From Lama glama (Eukaryota): DNA of 64,000 nt. The DNA lies in assembly GCA_028534125.1 (NCBI GenBank), contig CM052824.1, positions 17,670,001 through 17,734,000 on the forward strand, written 5' to 3'. The translations under genes were made by a program, and so were the position numbers. Positions 38,742 to 50,625 of this stretch are shown piece after piece. Every line of letters starts with the position of its first letter. Position 1 is the stretch's first letter. The notes under the pieces are model-generated. The model worked only from the letters and a program-made list of their open reading frames with translations, had not been told where the DNA came from and did no database searches.

Positions 38742-41700
38742 CTATTTGCCATATTGAAGAGATACACACAGTTGAATATAAAAATACAGGTTGAAAGCAA
38801 AAGCATAAAAAAAGACACACCACACCAACTGTAATTCTAAGAAAACTGGCATGGCTTTACTATTATCAGACAAGACAGTCTTCAAAACAAAGAGTATTGC
38901 TAGAGATGAAGAGTGATATTTCATAATGCTAAGAATCAGTTCACCAAGAACACATAAAAATTCTATATTTTTGTGTTTTTATGTAGGTATGTTCCTAAAT
39001 ATGCATGTTCCTAGTAACAGAGCTTAAAAGTATATGGGGAGTAAAAATTGATAACTCTAAAGGTAGAACAGAAAATGAACAATCATAGATGGAGGCTTGA
39101 ATAATTCTTTCCTACTAACTGATAGGAAAAGACTACAGATAATCAGTAAGAATATAAAAACTTGAACACTATTAACCAACTTGATTTAGTAGATGTTTAT
39201 GGACCACTGTATCTAAAAAATGAAGAATACATATTCTTTTCAAGCATTTACAGAACATTCAACAAGAAAGACTACATGCCAAGCAGTAAAATGAATCTCA
39301 ATAAATTTCAAAAACTGAAATCATAGTATATTCTTTGACGACAGTCAAATAAATTAGAAATCAATAATAAAATATATATAGAAAATCCATAGAGAATAGA
39401 AAATTAATCAACATTTTAAAATAACAAAGAACAATTCATAAGGAAAATTAGAGACTACGTTAAACTAAATGATAAGGAAAACACAACATATAGCTAAAGC
39501 GGCATAAAGAGGAAATTCATAACTTTAAATGTTCATATAAGAAAACAAGCTCTAAAATTATGATCTAAGCTTTCACATTAACAGGGTAGGAAAGAACAAA
39601 AGAAGCCCAAAATAAGCAGAAGAAATGAGGATAAGAAAAAATTTAATGAACTAGAATACAAATAACAGAGAAAAATCAATAAAGCCAAAATTTAGTTCTT
39701 TGAAAATATTAATACAGTTGATAAACCCCTAGTAATACTGAGTAGTAAAAATAAAAGAAAAAATTCACAAATTGCCAACATCAAGAATGAAATTATAACC
39801 ATAGGTCTTACAGACAATAAAGGGCTGTTATGAACAACTTCATGCCAACACATTAAACAAAGCAGATGACATAGACCAATTCCTTGAAAAACACAACTTG
39901 TATAACTGGTAGAAGACTTAAATAGCTATGTACTTAGGAAAGGAATTTGAATTATTAATTTAAAACCTCTCCACAAAGAAACCCACTAACTCTTAAGACT
40001 TTAAAGGTGAATTCTATTAAACACTTAAAGACGAAATAGTATCAATATTACACAAATTCTTTTAAAAATAGAGAAGGAGAAAACAACTTCTAGGTCATTT
40101 TATAAACTACCATGACCCTAGTACCAAAACCTGATTAAAGATATTTCAACAAAAGAAATATTCAAACCAGTATTTCTCATAAACTAGATACAAAACTCTT
40201 TAACAAAATATTGGCGAATTAAATTCAGTAATGTAAAAAGTATATAATATATTGTGACAAGTTGTGTTTATACCAGTAATGCAAGGTTGCTTTGACATTC
40301 AAAAACAATGTAATTCACAAATCTAACCAATGTAATTAACAGATTTAAAGATAAAATCATCTAATGAGCTCAACACTTAAGAAAAAGCACAAAAAAAAAT
40401 CCAATACCCATTTACGATTTTAAAAGAAAGATCTCATAAAACTAGAAATAAAAGAGAGCCTCCTCAGTCTGATAAAGGGCATCTAGGGAAAACATCATGA
40501 TTAATGATGAAAGATTAAACATGTTTCCCTTAATGCTGGAGACACGGCAAGGGTGAGCACTCTCATCATTCTATTTAGTATCACATTAAAGTACTTGCCA
40601 ATGACAAAAGGCAAGAAAGGGAAACAAAAGGGATAAACATTGGGGAAAAGAAATAAAATTACCTTTACTGGGGGTAACACGATAGTGGACAAAGAAAATC
40701 CCAAAGAGTTTCAATTTTTAAAATCCTACTACTAAATTGGATAAGTTAATTTAGGAAAGTCTCAATATATATGACCATATACAAAAATCCATTGTATGTC
40801 TATATATTAGTAATAAACAACTGGAAATAAAATTTAAAAATAAATTCCATTGATAATAGCACCAAAATACATAAAAAACCTATGAATAAACTTAATGCAG
40901 GGAATAAAAAGACCTCTGCACTGAAAAACTACAAAATATCATTGAAATTACAGAAGACCTAAATAGATAGAGAACTATATCATGCTCATGAACTGAAAAA
41001 CTCAATACTGTAAATATATCATAAAAGAAGAAAAATATATCAGTGGAACAAAATAGAAAGTCCATAAATAGGCTGGCACAAACGTCAACGATTAACGTTT
41101 TTATTTACAATGTTGTGTTAGTTTCTGGTATACAACAACTGATTTTTTTTTCTTTTTACAAAGACAGCAATACAACTCAGTGGAAATAAAGAAGGTCTAA
41201 CAAATGGTGCTGTACCAACTGGAGAAAAAGTGAATCTTGACTTGTGCCTTGGATCATAAAGAAAAAATAATTTGAGATGAATTAAGGCTTACATGTAAAT
41301 TAAAACTGTAAATCTTCTAGAATAAAATATACATGAATATCTTTGTAAATAGGAGCTAGGCAAAGATTTCTTAGGACACAGAAAGCAGTAATTGGAAAAA
41401 AGAAAATTGATAAATTAGAATTTAAGGAAATTAGAAGCATCAACTCATCAAAAAGCACCTTTAACTGAATCGTCAATAAAGTCACAGAAAAAATGTTCAA
41501 AATCATTACTCATCAGTGATATGCAAATTAAAAGCACAGTGAGCTACCATTTAATTTGCATGAGAATGGCTAAAATTAAAAAGATGAAACACCAAATGTT
41601 GAGAGGATGTAGAGCCGCTGGGTTTCTCATACACTGCTGGTGAGAGTGAAAAATGTTACAACCAGTGTGGTAAACATTTTTACAGTTTCTTATACAGGTA

Positions 41701-42245
41701 AATATATACCGACCTTATGATCCAACAATTTCACTCTGAGATACTTACCCAAACGAAATAAAAATCTGTGTACAAAGATATGTACACCAATGTTCACTGC
41801 AGCTTTATTCATAATAGCAAAACACTGGAAACAACCAAATGTCCACCAACAGGAGAATGAATAAATAAAATGTAGCATATTTGTTTTACGGACTACGACT
41901 CACAAATACAAAGGAACAAACTACTGGTGGATGAAATGACATGGATGAACCTCAAAACTTCTATGCTTGGAGGAAGAAGCCAGACACAAAAGAGTACTTA
42001 CTCTATGGTTTAATTTTATAATTCAGCTGTAGGAGAGATTATATTAGTGGTTGACTCCAGACAGGGAGCCCACATCTCCCTTTATCTCCCCCGTGGATAG
42101 ACTGGAGAGGGATGGAAGGGGAATTCTCAGTGGTAGGAATCCTCTATATCATAACTGAGGTGGTATTTATAGTTTTGAAAACTCATCAAACTGTTCATAT
42201 TAAGATATGTGCATTTTATGGTATATACTTATAATTGAAAAAAAT
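38742..42245 (+). mobile_element. Old L1M element: degenerate ORF2 (endonuclease/RT regions with deletions) and 3' UTR
   Basis: Strongly A-rich with L1 landmarks (gaatacatattcttttcaagc, aaaatcaataaagccaaaa, ggtgaattctatt, ccaatgttcactgcagctttattc). Many stops and frameshifts. Confidence 0.9.
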
Positions 42246-42494
42246 TTGTTTTAACTTACATCAGAAAGCAAATGAGAAAGACACATGGACGAGTAAGCAA
42301 ATGTCCAGAGCTGAGTCTGTATCACTTTCAGATTTTAACTATTTAAAAAATTTCCCCAGATTGTTAAAGGTATAACTACAGTGATTCTTCCAGAATCTCC
42401 AGGTGATTCCAGATCAACTGCTGGGTATCTCACTCTCTTAACCTTCAGAAGGAGGCTCATAGTTAATAAATGGAAGATTTGTAGAGTCACCAAA

Positions 42495-44080
42495 GCTTAA
42501 AATTGCAAATGGTCACAGAGGGCATTAGCCCTGGGGTGGCAGATCTGTGTACCCACAGCAGCAAGGCTGGGAATGTAGATGAGTGAAGCCAGTGCAATGG
42601 GACTTTGGTAGCCCGGATCATTCAGGTCCAGCGGAGCACCATCCTGTGGGAATGCAAGCCAGTAGACCCCACTCTTCCCTTTCTAGAGAAACTAGGAATT
42701 CCAATTTCTTCCATAAAGTCTTCCAACTTTTAAATGCTGGCAAATAATTTTTAAATTATACAGAATTAAGTAGAAAAATCATGTAGAAAATAGGAGAAAA
42801 TCTTTGTGATCTGGGAGTAGGCAAAAATTTTAAAATTAATGACCAAAAGCACAATCCATAAAAGAATAAATTGATAAATATGATGTCACTAAAATTAAAA
42901 TTAAAAACTCTTGCTCTTTGAATGACAATGCTGAGAGAAGGAAAAGGCAGGCCACAGACCGAGAATATTTGCAAGTCATATATCTGGTAAAAGACTTACA
43001 TCCAGAGTTTATAAAGGACATTCAAAACTCAATAATAAGAAAACAGACAACATGATAAAAACGGAGAAAAGACTCAGACACGTCACCAAACAAGACATGA
43101 AGATGACAAATAAACACATGAAAAGATGTTCAACATCATTAATTGTGAATGAACTTTAAATTAAAACTAAATTAAGATACTCTCTACCTACGTATTAGAA
43201 TGGAAATTTAAAAGATTACTCCTCCAAATGTTGACAAGAATGAGGAGAAACTGGAGCTCTCATACACTATTGGAGGGGATGTAAAATGGTACAACTTTGG
43301 AAAGCAATTTGGCAGTTTTTAAAAAAGTTAAACATACACCTACATAGGATACAGTCATACAACTCCTAGAATTCAAACCCAGAGAAATAAAACCATATGT
43401 TCATACAAAGACTTATACATGGATGGTCATGGCAGGTATATTTGTAATAGCCCCAATCTGGAACAGCCAAATGTCTATCAAAAGGTGAGTGACAAAAAAA
43501 AACTGTAGATAGAACGTTATGTAATAGGACATTACTCCATTATAACATCCATATAATAGAACATTACTCAGCTATCAAAAGAAATGAACTAATGATACAC
43601 ACTATAACATTGATAGAGATCAAAATAGTTATGCTGAGTGAGAAGCCAGACCAAAAAAAAAGTACATTCTGTATGATTCTATATACATAAAATTCTAGGA
43701 AATGCAAGCAAATGTATAGTAAAAGAAAGCCAAAAAAAAAAAAAAAAAAGAAGAAGAAGAAGAAGAAGAAGAAGAAGAAAGAAAGAGGAAAACAGATCAA
43801 TTGTTACCTGGGACAAGGAGTGGATAGATTACCAAGCAGCATGATGAACCTTTTGAGGGTAATGAATATGCTTATTATATTGATTTTTGTGATGGTTTTC
43901 ATGGCTATGTTCATATGTCAAAATTCATCAAATCATACACTTAGGTATGTGTCCTTTATTTTATGTCAATTGTACTACCTCAATAACTAGATTTTTTTAA
44001 AAACAGGAAAAATTATTTAGGCCCAACCAAAGACATCTCTGAGCTACATACAGCCCTTAAAATACCCATTTGCACCTCTG
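42495..44080 (+). mobile_element. MER102-like hAT-Charlie element split by an L1 (halves ~42495-42755 and ~44000-44080)
   Basis: ttctagagaaactagga...cttttaaatgctggcaaataatt | aggcccaaccaaagacatct...tttgcacctctg. Confidence 0.6.
42757..43995 (+). mobile_element. Old L1M ORF2 end + 3' UTR, containing an (A)n(GAA)n tract at 43732-43785
   Basis: aaaataggagaaaatctttgtgatctggg, aaacacatgaaaagatgttcaacatcatta, tgtcaattgtactacctcaataa. Confidence 0.88.
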
Positions 44081-44719
44081 CTCAAGTCTTACTTCCCCCT
44101 CTTTAGAGTTAAGAAAACTGAGACTTAGACAGAGAGTAACTTGCCCAGGTAAGAAGATTCTGTTTGTAAACTCTTTGTCTAGGGGCCAGAAAAAAAAAGG
44201 ACAAAATGACGCTGTTGAGGAAGAGGATGATTTAAATGGATTATGGCTCCTTATCTATTTTAGGAATTGTTTTCACAATGCAAAGTGGAGTTTAATATAA
44301 GATCTGGTCTGAATCTCCACTCCACTAATTAGCTCTATGGCTTTGAGCAGTTTCCTTAAAATTTGCAGAACCTTCATCTCTACATCCATGTTAAGAATAC
44401 CTACCTCAAAAGGCCCTCTTGAGGATTATATAAAATAGTATCTGCTCAAGTAAATTTTCAATAAATACTAGTTGGATAAATTTCATCTATGAGACAGATG
44501 GGTGGGACATATATTATGAATTGACGTATTATAAAGCTGAAGATGAACACAGTTAAGGGTTTGCCCTTGATCATGCAGTTAGGAAAAAGGAGCTGGATTA
44601 CCCAGTCTCCCAATTCCCAGTCCAGTGTTCTTTTGCAAAAAGGGACACTCACCAAGGTTACTGGAAGAACAGTCTTTAGATGGAGAGTAGGGAGATTCTT
44701 CTCAAAGAGTCACTTAATC

Positions 44720-44900
44720 CAGAGGTCTCAAAGTGGCAGCCTGGTGGCCATATTTAGTCTTCTGAAGTGTTTAAAATCTGAAAATATTGTTTTAGGAAAT
44801 TTAGGTCAACATTTAATGTTTGAAAGATTTCACATAAAAATCTGAATTTCCTGCTTGGTTTGAAAAATTGTTAGTAGATCTGGCAACACTGAGCCTCCAT
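44720..44900 (-). mobile_element. MER102-like hAT-Charlie fragment
   Basis: cagaggtctcaaagtggcagcc...gatttcacataaaaatctgaatttcctgctt...gatctggcaacactgagcc. Confidence 0.65.
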
Positions 44901-47900
44901 TGAGAAAGGGCAGTGAAGGGCCTTCAGATGGCGGGAGGTTCCCCTCAGGTCTTCCCGGTCCCCAGCATCCCTCACACCCCAACAGAAGGCCTGCCTCACT
45001 TACTATAACACAAACCTGTTCTCTGCAGACATTTACATGTGCAACCCTGCTTTCCACCATTCCACCTCACACAGTTAACCATCATTTCCTAAGGGCCAAC
45101 CATGTTTATGATCTGTCATCTAGAAATGATGATGAGCTGTGTTGACATTCAGACAGTCATTCAACAGAACAGACTCCCTGGAGGCTGCATGTGTAAGCAG
45201 TTTCCACACACACAAATTGAAGCAGAGATCTGGCAATCTTCCAGCATATTTGAGCAATGTAGATACTCAATCTGGACTTTTTTGGACACCAAAGTGGATC
45301 TATTTGGGAGATCCTGAGTCTCAAATGATCCAACTTGACATTCTTCCTTGATCAAATTTATCTGGCAACTGCCCTGTTTCCACAGACCTGTGCTCCAACA
45401 GCCACAACTTTAAGTGATTTTGCAACCACATTAAGTTTAACCACATTAAGTTTCCCAAGGAAACCAATGGGTATAGAAACCAGCGCTGCCCAGGACATGG
45501 AGACAGCTCCACGTTAAACCTTAAATGAGCCCATGAAGGAAACATAAAACATATTCAGAGTGGGAGAAGGGGAAACCAACAAGTAACACATAAAATCGTC
45601 ATTTTTATATGCAAAAACTAGCACACTGCCTACAATTAGCGAATACAAATCACTTGTTGGCTCTGAGATAGCTCCTCACAGCACACAAATGTAAGTTAAA
45701 ACGTTGGCTTGAGACCTTGGTGTACATCTGCTCTTGATCTTCTATCAATTATCAATACAAAATATTTTTCCTTTTTCAGCCCAATCACTGAATCAGGGAG
45801 CCTTTAAGGAACTAAACAGTACTAGTCAATCTAAAACCATTTTTGAAAACCAAAGTCTAGAAATATATACATCTTCTCATCTGTCTCTCCTCCTAACTAC
45901 AAAATACAATGAATACCTCAAAGTTTTGAGTATTCTGACTATTCCAGATGTTGCCGCTATGAAACACAGGTCACCATGAGGATAATCGCTGTAGACAGTC
46001 AGATACAGCTGTGGAAGAGCCACCCCTGGGAGGACAATCAGCTGACTCTCTGTGTCTATGGTTTGTCTTGTTTTACTTTTTCAAATAGCGAAATGCTGGT
46101 GGTTCCTATTTCTGTGGATTTCATTTCCCTAAAGAAAATGCACAACACAACCCATTTTCCATCATTGTTTTTTAGTAACAGAATTAAAGATCTATGCCTG
46201 GTGTGAATGGTAAATACTATCAACCAAGAGGAAAAAAATTCCAAAAACTAACAATCATTTTAAGGGAATATGTTAAAAATTCTAAATAATAAACCCAGGT
46301 ACCAGCAGACCCGAGACAAAAGTTGGTATTGCAATACAGAAATGTTTCTGTTTTCTTGTCTTACTTGGAGAATACCATTTACCCGAGACTTCTTTATCTC
46401 TCTAATAAATGCCAGATTTTATTGACACATTTCATCTGCTTCTTGCCATAGACACCAAAAGCTCTGGAATGTGAAGTCTCTTTTCAAGCCACCATTATCT
46501 CCACACATGTGCAGAGAGAGCACCAATGTAATTCTCCCAGGCTCTTGACTTTGTTTTTTAAACACAGTCCCCTTACAAACACGGTGCATCTGCTTTCCTC
46601 TCAGAAGAGAAGCGTGCTTGATTACTCTGCCTCTTCCCCTCAGAGAAATGTACTACACACAGATGACACAAATCTTTTGATCAACGAGCTTCCAAAGAGA
46701 TACAGATTCGTTCTCCACAATCAGCAAGGAAGCTGCGCTCAATTTTTTTTCTTTACTACAGTTAAAAGAGAAATAAGGAAGGAGGGGGGAAATCCTATAA
46801 ACTATGATGGAGAGGGCCTTCTTTAGGGAAAAGAGTAGAAAAACATTTGAAAGGTCACCCCAGGAAGTTGCACAGACATTGATCCCCAAAAATCATGCAC
46901 TAAATACCCCTATTTGAGGAAAGAGCACTTTGGGGTTTTCCTCTTGGATGCTGGATTCTTTTTTTTTTTTTTTTTTGTCCTAATCTCATTGAACTCTGAG
47001 CTCTAGACTCATAACAATGTTTGGCGTGTATTGTCACTACAGGGTTTTTCATCCCTGTGTAATTTTACAGACGAGCTCAGAGAATCCCTGGGCTAGAGGG
47101 AATTATTTGGATTCCTGTTTTACAGCTGAAGAAACTGAAGAAGAGAAGCAAAGAATTTCCCACTGAGACACAGAAAGAGCCTGTTTGAGGGGCTCAGTCT
47201 TCAAGGTCTCAGAGTTCAAAAGCCTACTCGGAACACTACAACAGGGGAACGAGACAGCCTTCTAAATCCAGCATGAAATGCTGGACTTTGTTATTCTCTG
47301 TCTGTAATGCACTAGAGCATATTGTGTGGACAGGGACAGCAGCAACAGAAAAATGTGATCAGATGGCAGGTCTATCCAATATAGTCTTACTCTGCATAAT
47401 TGGGTATGACTTGAGAGATCTATTCATTCTCTCCTGCCACAAACATTAGTTAAACCCCTGATGCCAGCAACATCTAAATCCTTCCATTTGATTGCATATT
47501 TGATAATGTCTTCTTCTCACAATCTGAAAAAGAAATCATTTGGGTACAGTTGAACCACATGCCATAATTCCTCTTGGAGGATGTGACTCTTGGTATATAG
47601 AAAGTCAGTTTTTTGTTCACTACAAAGAACTGTGCTTCCTGTGCATCTAAGTTTAAAGAAATTTCCAGTCATAATTGGCAGAAAAGTCCCCTCGTGGTGA
47701 TTTGTGAATCTAGCTGGAGGCAATCAAGAGCAACAGAATGAGAGGTGGGTCAACGCCAGGATAACCCGTATCTAGTCTTGGTAAGTAATACTCATAGTCA
47801 TAGTATCTGTCATGTAGTGAGCATGTTACACGCATGTTCTGATTTAATCTACATCATTCTTTTGAGTCTGATATTATTGCTTCCATTTTACAGATGAGAA

Positions 47901-48015
47901 AGTTCAAGCTCGGAGGGGCAGAGGACCTCACGCATGATTGCATTCAGTGCTAGTGCGAGGGTATGAGCAGCCTTCGAGTTAGAGGTTTGGAAGACTCAAA
48001 AACATCTACCAGTTG

Positions 48016-48105
48016 TAGAGTCACCAACTGTCCTAGTTTGCTTGGGGTTTAGGGGCTTCCTGGGAAGTGGAAATTTCAGTGCATACGGAGGTGGCTGCTC
48101 ACCCC
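48016..48105. mobile_element. MER94/MER81-like hAT-Blackjack element
   Basis: agagtcaccaactgtcctagtttgc...gctcacccc termini. Confidence 0.55.
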
Positions 48106-48596
48106 ACAAGTTGTGTAACTTTAAAGAAAGTACCTCCCCTCTCTGGACCACCCAAGAGTTTGAACCAGAATGATCCTAAGGTTCAGTGCATTGCTAAAGT
48201 CTGACTTTACTCTCCGCATAGCGACATGGGGTCATCTCTCTAGTAACTCAAGGAATCTGTAGGGTCGCTATCCTCCCTCTTCCTTTTTTTATAACTTGAG
48301 TTCCCCAGTCTTATTCTGGAAAGCATCCTGTGACTGAATCTACACAGCTATAAGAGAACTCATAAAAACAGCTTTCCACTGAACAAGCCTGGGCACGGTA
48401 ACCTCCACTGACATCTGCCTTAACATTTTCAAGGATACTTCACACTTTTCACATCCACTCAATCTCTCTCAGCCTATTTCCCCATCAGAATGGGAATAAT
48501 AAAAACAGTACCTCGCGGGGTTAATGGGAATCAAGTGACATCAAAGATACGAAAGTGCTTCTGTAAACCCCAGAGAAATACAAATAAATATCCCAC

Positions 48597-49324
48597 GCTG
48601 TTGGTGGGAATGTAGTTTGGCACAGCCATTGTGGAAAACAGTATGGAGATTCCTCAAAAAACTAAAAGTAGACTTACCATATGACCCAGCAATTCCACTC
48701 TTGGGTATATATCCAGAGGGAACTCTAACTCAAAAAAATACATGCACACCAATGTTCATAGCAGCACTATATACAGTAGCTAAGACATGGAAACCACCTA
48801 AATGTCCATCAACAAATGACTGGATAAAGAAGTTGTGGTATATTTATAATGGAATATTACTCAGTCATAAAAATAATAAAATAATGCCAACTGTAGTAAG
48901 ATGGATGGACACAGAGATCATCATTCTAAGTGAAGTAAGCCAGAAAGAGAAGAAAATACTATATGATATCACTCATATGTGGAATCTAAAAAAAAGAGAG
49001 AAAAGGGACACTAATGAACTCATCTATAAAACAGAAACAGACTCACAGACATAGTAAACAATCTTACTGTTACCGGGGAAAAGAGGGTGGGAAGGGATAA
49101 ATTGGGAGTTTGAGATTTGCAAATGTTAGCCAATATATATAAAAATAGATTTGAAAAAACAAATTTCTTCTGTATAGCACAGGGAACTATATTCAATATC
49201 TTGTAATAACTAATAAAAAAAGAATATGAAAACAAATATATGTATACATAGACATAACTGGGACATTGTGCTGTACACCAGAAATTGACACATTGTCACT
49301 GATTGCTCTTCAATTAAAAAAAAT
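48597..49324 (+). mobile_element. 5'-truncated lineage-specific (camelid-type) LINE-1 with TSD
   Basis: Near-intact ORF2 C-terminus [31 protein letters not shown]...CTPMFIAALYTVAKTWKPPKCPS, a 3' UTR and an ATTAAA/A tail. TSD atatcccacgctg (48588-48600) / atatcccacactg (49325-49337). Confidence 0.95.
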
Positions 49325-49999
49325 ATATCCCACACTGCCTCTTATCAGAGGGTGCAAACACAGTTCACAACCCCACCTGCACCTAGTCCAGGGTTTGTGT
49401 CTACCTCATGTTCTTGTCCCACACAGACGTAGCCTGTACGGGCTGGTGAAGGTGGAATTTTATATCCCAAAGGCTCTGGATCCCTTCTTATTTTAGCCAC
49501 AATTTCTGCCATTTCCTGGTTATAACTTACATATTCAGAGAATCAAGAAATAGGAAACTTGTTCAATACATCAGGATTGCCGATGGAGACTAAAAGAACA
49601 TGGATGGGAATCACTCAAAGTCCAGGACCACACTGGTTAAAATGTTTACAAGAGAAAGAAGGAAACTAAGTCTTTGTGATACACGATTGTCTAATCTCTT
49701 AAATGGACAAAGTTGTCTAGACCCAGTCTAATTAATTCAAAGAGGTATTTTGAGGATCTAATGTGACATGGATGTGAAGGGTCTTTCAAAAGCAGGTAAA
49801 GGAGTCCACAAATGTAAGTGCTGGGTATGCTTATGGATATAAATATAGATGGCACAAATAATATTGTACCTAATCTAATGCTCTTACTTTACAAGGCAAG
49901 ACTGTGAGGAGCTAGAGAGGGTTAGTAACTTGCCCAAGAAGACAGAGCCAAGGGCCATAAAGAAAGCTCTAATCCCTTGACATTCAGCCAAAGGGATGG

Positions 50000-50415
50000 C
50001 CTTACTTTGGGATCCCCGAGAAGCAGGCTCTGAGGCAAGGATTCTAGTGTGAGGGATTTATCTGGGAAGTAATTCCAGGGACTGCTGGCTGATCAGTGGG
50101 AAGTGAGACAGGGACAGGAAGGAAGCAAGTGTGCTTGATTGCAAACAGGATTCATCACAGACAACTGGGGTGTCATCCTGCTGGAGAACTAAACAGCATA
50201 GATCCTGCACCTGAGAGACAAGAAGACTGGACTCTTTTATCCCATCAGTCATTGCATGACAGCTGCTGAGGGGACTGTCAATTCCCCCATCACTTAAGCA
50301 GTGACCAGAGAATGCTCTTAGACAAAGGTGCACAGATTTGGCAATTGGAGGTTGAGCTAGCCTGCCCAGCAGTGGTACCAGCTGAGCGGACACTGACAGG
50401 CACAGACAGCAACTA
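50000..50415 (-). mobile_element. ERVL solo LTR (LTR16/LTR33-like)
   Basis: gagaagcaggctctgaggcaaggattct...tttatctgggaagt...gggaagtgagacaggga. Confidence 0.7.
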
Positions 50416-50479
50416 CGACTGGCACCCTGGGGGTCCAGGGTCCACTAGTCTAATGTACCAGAGAATGCTACAATTTCCT

Positions 50480-50625
50480 TTACCACTATGTTCCATTGTA
50501 ACATAAACCCCACGAAGACAAGAATTTCTTTTTTGGTCTATTTTGTTCATTACTGAATCCTCAAGGCCTAAGCCAGTGATGACACATCAAAGCTATTTAA
50601 TCAATATTGACTGACTGAATGAATA
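50480..50625. mobile_element. L2 3' end
   Basis: ttttgttcattactgaatcctcaaggccta...tcaatattgactgactgaatgaat. Confidence 0.65.

Noticed and set aside
43564-43990. Poly-Lys and poly-Phe ORFs
   Set aside because: They arise from the (A)n(GAA)n tract inside an L1 3' UTR.
48617-49054. 145-aa ORF as a host gene
   Set aside because: It is the C-terminus of L1 ORF2 running into the 3' UTR after a frameshift.
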